A stretch of 64,000 nt of DNA, taken from NCBI GenBank assembly GCA_963675665.1, contig OY776510.1, forward strand, positions 4,480,001 through 4,544,000, given 5' to 3'. This document shows, in pieces, positions 20,729-30,636 of this stretch. This DNA is from Spirochaetia bacterium. GTDB lineage: Bacteria > Spirochaetota > Spirochaetia > UBA9216. The notes beneath the pieces are model-generated. The model searched no databases. It was not told where the DNA came from and saw only the letters and a program-made list of their open reading frames with translations. Position numbers and translations under genes: made by a program. Within the stretch, counting starts at the first letter, position 1; each line of letters opens with the position of its first letter.

Positions 20729-21212
20729 GTAACGACCCCATACCCACTACTTTCTTTTATCTTAACAGTATCCTTTTTCTTACTTTGCCCATTCTTTACC
20801 CAGCGTTCTCGCTGGGTTCATCCCAATTAATCATACAACGATTTAATCTTTGCAGGTATTTTTATTTTTTACACTATAACTTCTTCTCTGTTTCTTAGCA
20901 TTTTACTTCTTCATTTCCGTCATTTTCATTTTCAACATTTGGCCGCTAAAATTTTATGCAGGTTAGCTGTGATTTTTTTGAGAAGCTTAAAATAGAACAT
21001 AGATATGAATACGTTTCACGTCGGAGGTTATGGGAAACTATTGAAAACAGGATGATTAACTCCATAAACTTCTTTATTTAACCTGCAAATTATTATTTTA
21101 TCAAAGAACTGAATCAAATATTTTCTTTTTAATATATTTTTCACTTATGTGTCATTCTAAACGGGAACCGTATAAAATCTTTATTTTAGCCCAATTCTCG
21201 TTTACACAAAAC
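20722..21212. other. Gene-less cassette, short form (C17)
   Basis: ~490-bp conserved non-coding family member. Confidence 0.85.
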
Positions 21213-21353
21213 GACAAAATCAGTTGCGCCCTCGATCCTGAGCCGCAGGCGAAGGAATTGGCGCGGTTTTAGAGTGAAGGCGCGATCAGCGCCGGAACGT
21301 CTCCGCTAAAACCGTGACAATAGACGGCGACAACTGCATTTTTTTTGTTATGT
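21206..21353 (-). repeat. attC site (C16)
   Basis: ACAAAAC...GTTATGT family repeat. Confidence 0.92.
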
Positions 21354-22487
21354 AGCAAATTTCCCATCATATTCTATTAGATCATCAACAGAAAGAGTTT
21401 TTTTATTAATTGAAAAATTAATAATTAATTCTTTCTTTATAGGCTTTATTATATTTTCACCATAGAATATAAAATTGAATTTAAATATTGTAGTAATATT
21501 TGGGCATATAAAGAAATCATCAAATATTATCATTTCTCCAGGGAAAATATCATTAGAACGGAATCCAATATTATAAGTATTTTTTTCATAATCTTCATTT
21601 ATCCAAAAATAATATCTTGGCTGTACTCTATCTATTACAGATGAACCAATAATTAAATCATCAAAGGATCCTTCTTTTTTATGTGGAAATCCTAATTTTA
21701 CTTTTGTCATTGATAATGATTCGATCGAAATATTATTTTCTGAATAGATATTATAGATTGTTTCAGGACTATTATTTTTTATATAACAATTCACCTTTTT
21801 AAATTCTTCACGTACCTTTATCCAATTAGCAAGTTCTCTATAATAATCTCTATTATCTCTTTGAACTAAATCGAATACGGTGTTTTCTTGACCATAATCT
21901 GGAATATCATCTTCTTCTGGAAGATTTATTCTATTTACTTCTAAATTTATTTCTTCCCCTATTATATCGTTATTTTCTTTACTATAAAAACCAAAATCAA
22001 AATTTATCTCACTATTATCTTTTTGATTTTTTCCCATATCAGCAATTTCTGAAGGATTTGCAATTACAGTAGAAGATCCTCTTCTTATATATACTGTTTC
22101 TGCCATTAATTTTGTATAATTTTTTTTCAAATAATATGGTCTTTTTTTTTGAATAGGTATCTCAAATATTCCAACCTTTTTATTATCCAATTCCTTTTCA
22201 TAGTAAAGAAATTCAATTGGACTATTGACTTTGGTATTTACAAATTGTTGTATTTTAGCATCATCTATACTTTCATCTATCCCTACTATCTCAGCAGGCT
22301 TTCCTTTTCTCTCTTTTAATCCAACTAAAATATAAGCAGTTTCTCTTCTCCAAGCATTAGCAAATGCTATTATATCTTTAAGCAACTCTGCCTTTTCATT
22401 ATCTGGAGCTTTATCAAAAGGATATTGTTTCTGCTTAAAATCGAGGCTATTTCCTTCAGGTTCATAAAATAAATCCTCTGTTTTCAA
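21348..22487 (-). CDS. Schlafen/AlbA_2-domain protein (C16)
   Basis: EGNSLDFK...KDIIAFAN...YILVG...YIRRGSS. Confidence 0.85.
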   Translation of the reverse strand: MKTEDLFYEPEGNSLDFKQKQYPFDKAPDNEKAELLKDIIAFANAWRRETAYILVGLKERKGKPAEIVGIDESIDDAKIQQFVNTKVNSPIEFLYYEKELDNKKVGIFEIPIQKKRPYYLKKNYTKLMAETVYIRRGSSTVIANPSEIADMGKNQKDNSEINFDFGFYSKENNDIIGEEINLEVNRINLPEEDDIPDYGQENTVFDLVQRDNRDYYRELANWIKVREEFKKVNCYIKNNSPETIYNIYSENNISIESLSMTKVKLGFPHKKEGSFDDLIIGSSVIDRVQPRYYFWINEDYEKNTYNIGFRSNDIFPGEMIIFDDFFICPNITTIFKFNFIFYGENIIKPIKKELIINFSINKKTLSVDDLIEYDGKFAT

Positions 22488-22591
22488 TATCTTTACACCT
22501 CGTTATATAATTATCAAATTCTGCATAATTATATCATCTGTTTTAGGGAAATTAAAATCCAATATTTTTATTTTATCCAAGTTTTTCGTCT

Positions 22592-22730
22592 ACATAACGA
22601 CGATTTGAGTAGCAAAACCGGCCGAGTCTTCGAGGCTTGGCGCGGTTCTGGAACGTAGCGCTATCAGCGCGAAGTGTCTTCAGCCAGAACCGTGACAAAG
22701 GTTTTGACTACTCCAAATCTTTTGTTATGC
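22592..22730 (-). repeat. attC site (C15)
   Basis: ACATAAC...GTTATGC family repeat. Confidence 0.92.
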
Positions 22731-22820
22731 AAATTTGCTCTTCGTCATATACTACTTCCAAATTTCTTCTATATTCTTCTTTCAAATTTTCTTGTATAGA
22801 TTTTTTAATTTTCTTCCAAA

Positions 22821-23096
22821 TTATTGAAAATTTACTACTACTTGTTTATTAAAAACTTCAGCAACTTTTTCTATAGTAGACAATCGGACACTTTCTGAAT
22901 GATTTTCTAATCTCGATATTGCGCTTTTAGTTGTTGATAGCCGTTTTGCTAATTCCTCTTGTGTCATCCCGGAATTTAGTCTCATTTGTTTTATTTCTTC
23001 CCCTATTCTTAATAATTTTACTTCATCTTCAACTTTCTTTTTAAACCCTGGGGAAACAGCCTCTTTTCTCTCTATAAATTTATCTACATCACTCAT
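22821..23096 (-). CDS. XRE-family HTH antitoxin, HigA-like (C15)
   Basis: MTQEELAKRLSTTKSAISRLEN; ATGA overlap with toxin. Confidence 0.88.
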   Translation of the reverse strand: MSDVDKFIERKEAVSPGFKKKVEDEVKLLRIGEEIKQMRLNSGMTQEELAKRLSTTKSAISRLENHSESVRLSTIEKVAEVFNKQVVVNFQ

Positions 23097-23440
23097 TTCT
23101 TCCTCCTAAGATAATCTTGACGATATTTCTCTGCCAAAACAATTTCTTTTTTTGGAGTTTTCATCGTTTTCTTTTGAAATCCATGTGTTAGCACAACAAT
23201 GTTTCCTTTATCAAAAAAAAATGGAAACCTGTAAATATTTGATACCCATTCTATTCTTACTTCAAACAGTTTTGTATCTGATAATTTCTTTAGAAATTTC
23301 TTTGGAACATTATCTTGTGTTTCTAATAATTTAAATACTGAGATTATCTTTACTTGAAGATTCTCTGCAGAAGACTCTAAAAACTCTTCAACTGGGCAAT
23401 CATTATTCTCTTTTCTGTAGAATATTATTTTCCTACTCAT
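23093..23440 (-). CDS. RelE/HigB-like (Gp49/DUF891) toxin (C15)
   Basis: CPVEEFL, LFEVR, YRF, LTHGFQKKT.KTP. Confidence 0.88.
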   Translation of the reverse strand: MSRKIIFYRKENNDCPVEEFLESSAENLQVKIISVFKLLETQDNVPKKFLKKLSDTKLFEVRIEWVSNIYRFPFFFDKGNIVVLTHGFQKKTMKTPKKEIVLAEKYRQDYLRRKK

Positions 23441-23447
23441 CAATTAA

Positions 23448-23476
23448 ATGTTAGCATATTTGTGAACTTTTTTCAA
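23448..23476 (-). promoter_or_regulatory. Cassette-borne promoter, predicted leaderless transcript (C15)
   Basis: TTGAAA-17-TAACAT (TG extension), 7 nt to ATG. Confidence 0.6.
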
Positions 23477-23643
23477 TGTATTTGTATAAATTTCCATAAA
23501 AGACGTATAAATCAAAATATCTTATACATACGTTTATCTTTATTTCGTGCTCATTACGGTAAATTTCTTATTATTAACCCCAAATGGTTCCCAGGAACAG
23601 GCAATTAACGCAGCCTGAAATATTGATGTCCCGCGGAGCGGGT

Positions 23644-23791
23644 GCATAACGACAAAATCAGTTGCGCCCTCGATCCTGAGCCGCAGGCGAAGGAATTGGC
23701 GCGGTTTTAGAGCGTAGGCACGATCAGTGCCGCAGCGTCTCCGCTAAAACCGTGACAATAGACGGCGACAACTGCATTTTTTTTGTTAAGC
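23644..23791 (-). repeat. attC site (C14)
   Basis: GCATAAC...GTTAAGC family repeat. Confidence 0.92.
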
Positions 23792-23799
23792 GGTTCAAT

Positions 23800-24132
23800 C
23801 TAATAGAATCGCATTAGCTTTTTTATTAATAATTCTTCTAAATTTCTTCTTGAATCAACTATTGCATGTATAATAATTGAGTGTTCCTGGATTTCATAAA
23901 TTATCCTATAATTACCCTCAATTAATTCTCTATAATCAACAATATCTTGTTCTTCAAGTTCAGGAACAATTCTACCCAATTCTGGAAAATCTTTAAGATT
24001 GTTTACTTTTTCTTCTATTGCGTAAAATAAATTCTTCGAAAAATCAGCATTTACAGAATTATAATATTCGATAATCTCTATTAGATCTTCCTCTGAATAT
24101 CTTGAAAATATAACCTTATATCTTTTCTTCAT
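23800..24132 (-). CDS. ParE/RelE-family toxin (C14)
   Basis: DLIEIIEY...FPELGRIVPE...YRELIEGNYRIIY...DSRR. Confidence 0.9.
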   Translation of the reverse strand: MKKRYKVIFSRYSEEDLIEIIEYYNSVNADFSKNLFYAIEEKVNNLKDFPELGRIVPELEEQDIVDYRELIEGNYRIIYEIQEHSIIIHAIVDSRRNLEELLIKKLMRFY

Positions 24133-24141
24133 ATTTTATTC

Positions 24142-24420
24142 TTAGAATTTAAATTTTTGCTTTATTTCATCAAACACTTGATCTGATTCTTTTATATTCC
24201 CTGTTTTAATATCCTTTTCTGACAATTGAATCATTTTCAAGATATTAAAAGCATTTTTCATCGTTTGATATGATTCTATATCAATTAAAGCAGCTTTAGC
24301 CTCACCATGCTGAGTTATTATTATAGTATTCTTATTCTCATTTATATATTTCATCATATCAGCTGCATTTGTTTTGATATATGATATTGGTTTTATATCA
24401 TCCTTAAAATTCACAGACAT
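24142..24420 (-). CDS. Phd/YefM-family antitoxin (C14)
   Basis: DIKPISYIK...IIITQHGEAKAALIDIESY. Confidence 0.9.
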   Translation of the reverse strand: MSVNFKDDIKPISYIKTNAADMMKYINENKNTIIITQHGEAKAALIDIESYQTMKNAFNILKMIQLSEKDIKTGNIKESDQVFDEIKQKFKF

Positions 24421-24439
24421 ATCGCCCTCCAGTTCTTTA

Positions 24440-24468
24440 ATAATACTTTATAAAGACTATTTGGTCAA
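24440..24468 (-). promoter_or_regulatory. Cassette-borne promoter (C14)
   Basis: TTGACC-17-TATTAT then GGAGG RBS. Confidence 0.7.
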
Positions 24469-24635
24469 TATTTTTCAAATTGTCCAAACTCGATCGAACT
24501 TATGCCATTTGAGTATCTTATTAGATCAACCTTAGCTTAATCAATTTGTATCTCCCTGGAGGTTTTTATTCTTATTACAATTTGACCTTATAATAATACT
24601 TTATATATACTATCTCTGGGAAAAATCTTGAATAC

Positions 24636-24774
24636 GCTTAACGACGATTTGAGTAGCAAAATTGATCGGCGTCTTCGCCGAATTGGCGCGATTCTGGAGT
24701 GAGGGCCATTGCCCGAACGTCTTTAGCCAGAATCGTGACAATAAATTTTGACTACTCCAAATCTCTTGTTAAAT
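24636..24774 (-). repeat. attC site (C13)
   Basis: GCTTAAC...GTTAAAT family repeat. Confidence 0.92.
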
Positions 24775-24787
24775 GCCTTCTCTTACC

Positions 24788-24812
24788 AGACCGCACGACG
24801 GAGTCAAGGTCT
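24788..24812 (+). repeat. Trailer hairpin (C13)
   Basis: AGACCGCACGACGGAGTCAAGGTCT. Confidence 0.9.
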
Positions 24813-25374
24813 GGTTTTCTTAAATATTATTAATAATTGAAACTTTGATTATCTAATTCTTGAGTTTTAATATATCCACCATAGACCCATCCATTAATAT
24901 TTTCTTTTCTAATATTTACCCATGGAAAATCCATATTATCCAATTTATATGATATTGGTGTAACTCCCAACATTTCAATTTCTTCATTCTCTTGCAATAA
25001 TCCAAGAATATCTGAATCAGTACTAGGTAGTTTTCTAATTCTAAGGTTTTTTGTATTACAATATCCTTTATAAGGTTTTTGATATTGATAATCAATATTA
25101 CGTGCTCCCATACTATCCATAACTCTTACAAATTCCGAATTTTCTCCATGCAACTTGATTGCAATAGCCAATGGGGACATATAATCATTAAGTAAATTAA
25201 CTGTTGTTATTTTTGCTTTATTTTCAATTAAGATTTTAAAAGCTTTAATATTGTTTTTCTTTATAGCAAATACTAATGGATTTTCAAAAGATACTTGTAT
25301 ATCAAAGTTATTTACATTAAATCCATATTTTATACACAAATCAGTATAGAGATCATTTTTTATTCTTATTGACT

Positions 25375-26649
25375 CATAGCTGTCCAAAATAAGGACTATT
25401 AATAGCCTGAATCCCTGGTTATAATGAATTGAGCGGGCAAGCTTAAATCATTACAACGGAAGGAAAACAGGCAATGAGTTATAAGAATAGCATTTTAAAT
25501 CAGATACTTCAAATCATTCCGAGACATGAATTTGAAAGATCTGTCAGAAAGTATAAAGGAGATTTTGCTTCAAAAGGATTCTCCTGTTGGGAACAATTTG
25601 TTTCAATGCTGTTTGCCCAATTTACAGGACAGACCGGACTTAGAGGCATAGAAACAGCATTGGATTCGATTAAAAACATGCTTTATCATTTGGGGGTAAA
25701 AAAGATTAAACGCTCAACACTTTCCTATGCAAATAACAACAGACCCTCAGAAATTTATGAAAATGTATTCAATAACCTGCTGACAAAGATCCTTAAAATG
25801 AAAAGGTCTCATAAGCATAGATTTAAAAATCCGCTGTACAGTGTTGATGCGACAACCATCGATTTATGCCTGTCAGTATTTCCATGGGCGAAGTTTAGAA
25901 AGAATAAAGGCGGAATCAAACTTAATGTAAAACTTGATCACAGCGGATATATTCCGGACTTTGTATCTGTTACAACAGCTCAAACCCATGAGCTTAATTC
26001 ACTCAAGAAAATGAAATTCAATAAAGGTGATGTAGTTGCATTCGATCGGGCCTATACAGATTTCAAATTATTTGCAAGTTATTGTATTGCAGGCATTTAT
26101 TTTATTACTCGTATGAAAAAGAATGCAGATTATAAAGTTTTTCAAAGAAATAATGTTTCAAAATATGAAAATATTTCATCAGATCAAATAATTGAAATGC
26201 GAGGATACTACACCAGCAAGAAGTGTCCACTCCAATTACGGCGAATTAGAATAAAAGATCCGGAAACAGGAAAATATATTGTAATTCTTACAAATCAGCT
26301 TGATTGGGCACCTACAACAGTTGCTGCTGTCTATAAGGACAGATGGCAGATAGAAATATTCTTCAAAACAATCAAACAGAACCTGAAAATAAAGAAGTTT
26401 TTTGGAACGACGAAAAATGCAGTAATGACTCAGATCTGGATAGCATTGATAACTCATCTGATGCTGCAATATCTGAAGATGTTATCTTCCGGTGGATGGA
26501 CTCATTATTCGCTTATGAAATTGCTTCCATCAATCCTGACGACCAGAAAAGATCTCTGGAATATTCTGAATAAACTACCGCCGCCCGGCAGAAATGAGCC
26601 AGGCTTAAAACTTCAAATGGAGCTGTTATGATTGTTTTGGACAGCTATG
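25375..26649 (+). mobile_element. IS4-family insertion sequence, copy 3
   Basis: Same IRs; 9-bp TSD TTATTGACT. Confidence 0.95.
25474..26631 (+). CDS. IS4-family DDE transposase
   Basis: Identical protein to other copies. Confidence 0.95.
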   Translation: MSYKNSILNQILQIIPRHEFERSVRKYKGDFASKGFSCWEQFVSMLFAQFTGQTGLRGIETALDSIKNMLYHLGVKKIKRSTLSYANNNRPSEIYENVFNNLLTKILKMKRSHKHRFKNPLYSVDATTIDLCLSVFPWAKFRKNKGGIKLNVKLDHSGYIPDFVSVTTAQTHELNSLKKMKFNKGDVVAFDRAYTDFKLFASYCIAGIYFITRMKKNADYKVFQRNNVSKYENISSDQIIEMRGYYTSKKCPLQLRRIRIKDPETGKYIVILTNQLDWAPTTVAAVYKDRWQIEIFFKTIKQNLKIKKFFGTTKNAVMTQIWIALITHLMLQYLKMLSSGGWTHYSLMKLLPSILTTRKDLWNILNKLPPPGRNEPGLKLQMELL

Positions 26650-26947
26650 TTATTGACTCATAAAATAAATAATTTGCTCTATTAATTTCACCAGGCATGA
26701 TATCCAAAGGTGATGCACCTTTATCAAGTAATAAATTTACAATTTCAATATTTTTATTGCTTGCTGCTATAAATATTGGTGATATTCTATCCCAAAACCA
26801 ATATTCTTCTACCCCCTTAACATCCGCCCCATTTCCTATTAAAAATTTAATAATTTCATTACTATTATTTTCTAAAGCATATTTAAATACTTTAGAATCC
26901 ATATCTGGATTAAAATTATATTCGCCTTTATAATTATTATATAATGT

Positions 26948-28222
26948 CATAGCTGTCCAAAATAAGGACTATTAATAGCCTGAATCCCTGGTTATAATGA
27001 ATTGAGCGGGCAAGCTTAAATCATTACAACGGAAGGAAAACAGGCAATGAGTTATAAGAATAGCATTTTAAATCAGATACTTCAAATCATTCCGAGACAT
27101 GAATTTGAAAGATCTGTCAGAAAGTATAAAGGAGATTTTGCTTCAAAAGGATTCTCCTGTTGGGAACAATTTGTTTCAATGCTGTTTGCCCAATTTACAG
27201 GACAGACCGGACTTAGAGGCATAGAAACAGCATTGGATTCGATTAAAAACATGCTTTATCATTTGGGGGTAAAAAAGATTAAACGCTCAACACTTTCCTA
27301 TGCAAATAACAACAGACCCTCAGAAATTTATGAAAATGTATTCAATAACCTGCTGACAAAGATCCTTAAAATGAAAAGGTCTCATAAGCATAGATTTAAA
27401 AATCCGCTGTACAGTGTTGATGCGACAACCATCGATTTATGCCTGTCAGTATTTCCATGGGCGAAGTTTAGAAAGAATAAAGGCGGAATCAAACTTAATG
27501 TAAAACTTGATCACAGCGGATATATTCCGGACTTTGTATCTGTTACAACAGCTCAAACCCATGAGCTTAATTCACTCAAGAAAATGAAATTCAATAAAGG
27601 TGATGTAGTTGCATTCGATCGGGCCTATACAGATTTCAAATTATTTGCAAGTTATTGTATTGCAGGCATTTATTTTATTACTCGTATGAAAAAGAATGCA
27701 GATTATAAAGTTTTTCAAAGAAATAATGTTTCAAAATATGAAAATATTTCATCAGATCAAATAATTGAAATGCGAGGATACTACACCAGCAAGAAGTGTC
27801 CACTCCAATTACGGCGAATTAGAATAAAAGATCCGGAAACAGGAAAATATATTGTAATTCTTACAAATCAGCTTGATTGGGCACCTACAACAGTTGCTGC
27901 TGTCTATAAGGACAGATGGCAGATAGAAATATTCTTCAAAACAATCAAACAGAACCTGAAAATAAAGAAGTTTTTTGGAACGACGAAAAATGCAGTAATG
28001 ACTCAGATCTGGATAGCATTGATAACTCATCTGATGCTGCAATATCTGAAGATGTTATCTTCCGGTGGATGGACTCATTATTCGCTTATGAAATTGCTTC
28101 CATCAATCCTGACGACCAGAAAAGATCTCTGGAATATTCTGAATAAACTACCGCCGCCCGGCAGAAATGAGCCAGGCTTAAAACTTCAAATGGAGCTGTT
28201 ATGATTGTTTTGGACAGCTATG
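26948..28222 (+). mobile_element. IS4-family insertion sequence, copy 4
   Basis: Same IRs; 9-bp TSD ATATAATGT. Confidence 0.95.
27047..28204 (+). CDS. IS4-family DDE transposase
   Basis: Identical protein to other copies. Confidence 0.95.
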   Translation: MSYKNSILNQILQIIPRHEFERSVRKYKGDFASKGFSCWEQFVSMLFAQFTGQTGLRGIETALDSIKNMLYHLGVKKIKRSTLSYANNNRPSEIYENVFNNLLTKILKMKRSHKHRFKNPLYSVDATTIDLCLSVFPWAKFRKNKGGIKLNVKLDHSGYIPDFVSVTTAQTHELNSLKKMKFNKGDVVAFDRAYTDFKLFASYCIAGIYFITRMKKNADYKVFQRNNVSKYENISSDQIIEMRGYYTSKKCPLQLRRIRIKDPETGKYIVILTNQLDWAPTTVAAVYKDRWQIEIFFKTIKQNLKIKKFFGTTKNAVMTQIWIALITHLMLQYLKMLSSGGWTHYSLMKLLPSILTTRKDLWNILNKLPPPGRNEPGLKLQMELL

Positions 28223-28407
28223 ATATAATGTTATAAATCTTTTTAGATCATTTTGTTTTATTGCAAGATTAAACTCATCCCCATAATTTTCCATTGAAAA
28301 AATATTCATCACTTTAAATAAAAGCAATATAAAAATTATACAAAGATGTTTGTTCATAATGCTTTCTCTTCTCCAATCTTATATAAATCAACAATTATGT
28401 AATTATC

Positions 28408-28430
28408 GCCCGTCGGCCGGAGGTCCGGGC
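28408..28430 (+). repeat. Leader hairpin (C13)
   Basis: Exact 23-nt core. Confidence 0.9.
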
Positions 28431-28503
28431 AATTTCTTCTTGCTTATTTTACACCCAGAACACGAAATCTACTATTATTTTTATTTGAACACCCTTTAAG
28501 TGC

Positions 28504-28642
28504 ATTTAACGACGATTTGAGTAGCAAAATTGTTCGGCGTCTTCGCCGAATTGGCGCGATTCTGGAGTGAGGGCCATTGCCCGAACGTCTTTAGCCAGAA
28601 TCGTGACAATAAATTTTGACTACTCCAAATCTCATGTTTTAC
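28504..28642 (-). repeat. attC site (C12)
   Basis: ATTTAAC...GTTTTAC family repeat. Confidence 0.9.
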
Positions 28643-29251
28643 GTAACTGCCCATTATTGCAGTTCATCTTTTAACGATATTGGGACTATTACAACTAACC
28701 GCCCCAAATATATACCCAGCGATCAGCTGGGTTTCCTTGTTACATCTTTTTATCAGGTTACTTCTTTGCTGGTCAACGATGATATATCAATATTGCATTT
28801 TAACACGTTTCATTAACATTCTTATATTATTTATTTTTGATTATTCTGTTCGCGCCATATAAATTTTTCTACAGGATGAGAATAGTTATTACAGATACGT
28901 TGCAGTTTATTCCAGGTTTTTTTAAGTTATACAATTCTTATAATTATCATATCATCATTTTCCCAAGGGTTTTAAGAATGTTCATCAGCCTTATGCATTA
29001 GATATATTAAGTATTGTGATTCAAAACCAGATATTTTGTAAAATCGAAACTTTTTATAGGTTAGTTGGCTATCTATCAATACAATTGGAACGCATCTGAA
29101 ACATGATGTAGTTCAATTATTCTCTTTCTTAGACCTGCAAACTTTCGTTTTATCAAAGAACTGGTTTATCTATAATATGTTTTTTGATATTTTCATCTAC
29201 TGTTAGCTGCATAACTTCTGTTTTCAGCCTAAAATGCAGTTTAGGTAAAAC
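28636..29251. other. Gene-less cassette, divergent long form (C12)
   Basis: No credible ORF; colinear short motifs shared with C22. Confidence 0.75.
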
Positions 29252-29383
29252 GACGATTTGAGTAGCAAAATTGTTCGGCGTCTTCGCCGAATTGGCGCGA
29301 TTCTGGAGTGAGGGCCATTGCCCGAACGTCTTTAGCCAGAATCGTGACAATAAATTTTGACTACTCCAAATCTCTTGTTAAAT
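29245..29383 (-). repeat. attC site (C11)
   Basis: GTAAAAC...GTTAAAT family repeat. Confidence 0.92.
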
Positions 29384-29396
29384 ACCACTAATATCT

Positions 29397-29421
29397 TGGC
29401 CGAACGTCGGAGCCAAGGCCT
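29397..29421 (+). repeat. Trailer hairpin, divergent (C11)
   Basis: TGGCCGAACGTCGGAGCCAAGGCCT, 20 nt from GTT; GGCC/GGCC replaces GACC/GGTC. Confidence 0.8.
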
Positions 29422-29431
29422 GGTATTCTTC

Positions 29432-30328
29432 TTATAATTTCTTCTTAGCCATTGCTCTATCTATTTCGTTTTGCATTTTTTCCTCAATTGAGGGATAATC
29501 CTTTTTCTCAATATCTCGTACAAATTCTTTATACGGAAAACCATTAATCCAATCTAATTTAGTCAGCCTGATATTTAAATCTTTACATTTCCTATACATC
29601 ATTTTAGTATATTCATTTGTAACCTGTTCACCCAAAACAATTTCTTCTATACTATTTAATATATTTAAATAATACGACATAATTTCGCTATTTTTATCAT
29701 ATATACTATATCGATATTCATGCTCAGTTGACCAGTCTGACATTTTTGTAAAAATAAATAATTCTCTATGTCCCCAAATATAATCCGTTAAAATATGCTT
29801 TTTATAACCATTCTCCTCTAACATTTTATCAATTTCATAATTATTAAAAATTGATTTCAATTTATCTTTTTTTGATTCTAAATTATAATAGACTCTTCTA
29901 TTTGCATAATTATTTTGTTTATTCTTTATTTTCTTAAACTCTTGATCTAATTTATCTTTTCGAAGAATAATGCAACATCCTTTGTGCATATCACCATATT
30001 GTTCCCACATTCTTGGTTTTTTAACTATTAATTCCATATTGTCTTCTTGTATAAAGCATAATACTTTAAACATATCTTTAAGATTATCTTTTATAATTCT
30101 TTCAGAAGTAGTTACTAAACCACCATGAGCATGACGCACCGCAATTTTAAATAGAATATTCTTATTTTCAAATGGATCATTTGTATTGCTTAAGCTACTA
30201 AATTTAAATTGCATATTTTCTAATATTAATTCAAGCTTTCTTAAATTTGTAAAATGACCCAAAAAAGTAACTTTATCACTTTTATTATTCATTAAATAAG
30301 TCCTTATTAGTTCATCTTTTATATCCAA
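29432..30328 (-). CDS. DUF2971-family protein (C11)
   Basis: HFT, NDPFE, CF, MWEQYGDMHKGCCI, K..DWSTEHEYR. Confidence 0.8.
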   Translation of the reverse strand: MDIKDELIRTYLMNNKSDKVTFLGHFTNLRKLELILENMQFKFSSLSNTNDPFENKNILFKIAVRHAHGGLVTTSERIIKDNLKDMFKVLCFIQEDNMELIVKKPRMWEQYGDMHKGCCIILRKDKLDQEFKKIKNKQNNYANRRVYYNLESKKDKLKSIFNNYEIDKMLEENGYKKHILTDYIWGHRELFIFTKMSDWSTEHEYRYSIYDKNSEIMSYYLNILNSIEEIVLGEQVTNEYTKMMYRKCKDLNIRLTKLDWINGFPYKEFVRDIEKKDYPSIEEKMQNEIDRAMAKKKL

Positions 30329-30397
30329 TAAAGAATCTAATCCATTGCATTGATTCTACAACTTATATGCAAATAATGGCTCTAATGTTTCTCCATA

Positions 30398-30420
30398 GCC
30401 CGTCGGCCGGAGGTCCGGGC
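30398..30420 (+). repeat. Leader hairpin (C11)
   Basis: Exact 23-nt core. Confidence 0.9.
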
Positions 30421-30488
30421 TATTTATCTTATTCTACCCCCAATCTCAAATAATAGCTAATAAAGTTATTGGGCATTTTAGAGTGTGT

Positions 30489-30628
30489 ATTTAACGACGT
30501 TTTGAGCTGCCTGGCGGCGCGTGTCTTCACGCGCATTGGCGTGATTCTGGAGTGTAGCGCGATCAGCGCGAAACGTCTCCGCCAGAATCATGACAATAGC
30601 CAGGACTGCTCCAAAACTTTTGTTATAC
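30489..30628 (-). repeat. attC site (C10)
   Basis: ATTTAAC...GTTATAC family repeat. Confidence 0.92.
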
Positions 30629-30636
30629 AGCTATTT

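Larger units (their letters stand above)
24830..28357 (-). pseudogene. Secreted ankyrin-repeat + SH3b protein interrupted by two IS4 copies (C13)
   Basis: Signal peptide MNKHLCIIFILLLFKVMNIFS at 28357; ankyrin SPIFIAASNKNIEIVNLLLDKGA; SH3 NLRIRKLPST...GWVYGGYI; three pieces join in frame across both TSDs. Confidence 0.88.
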
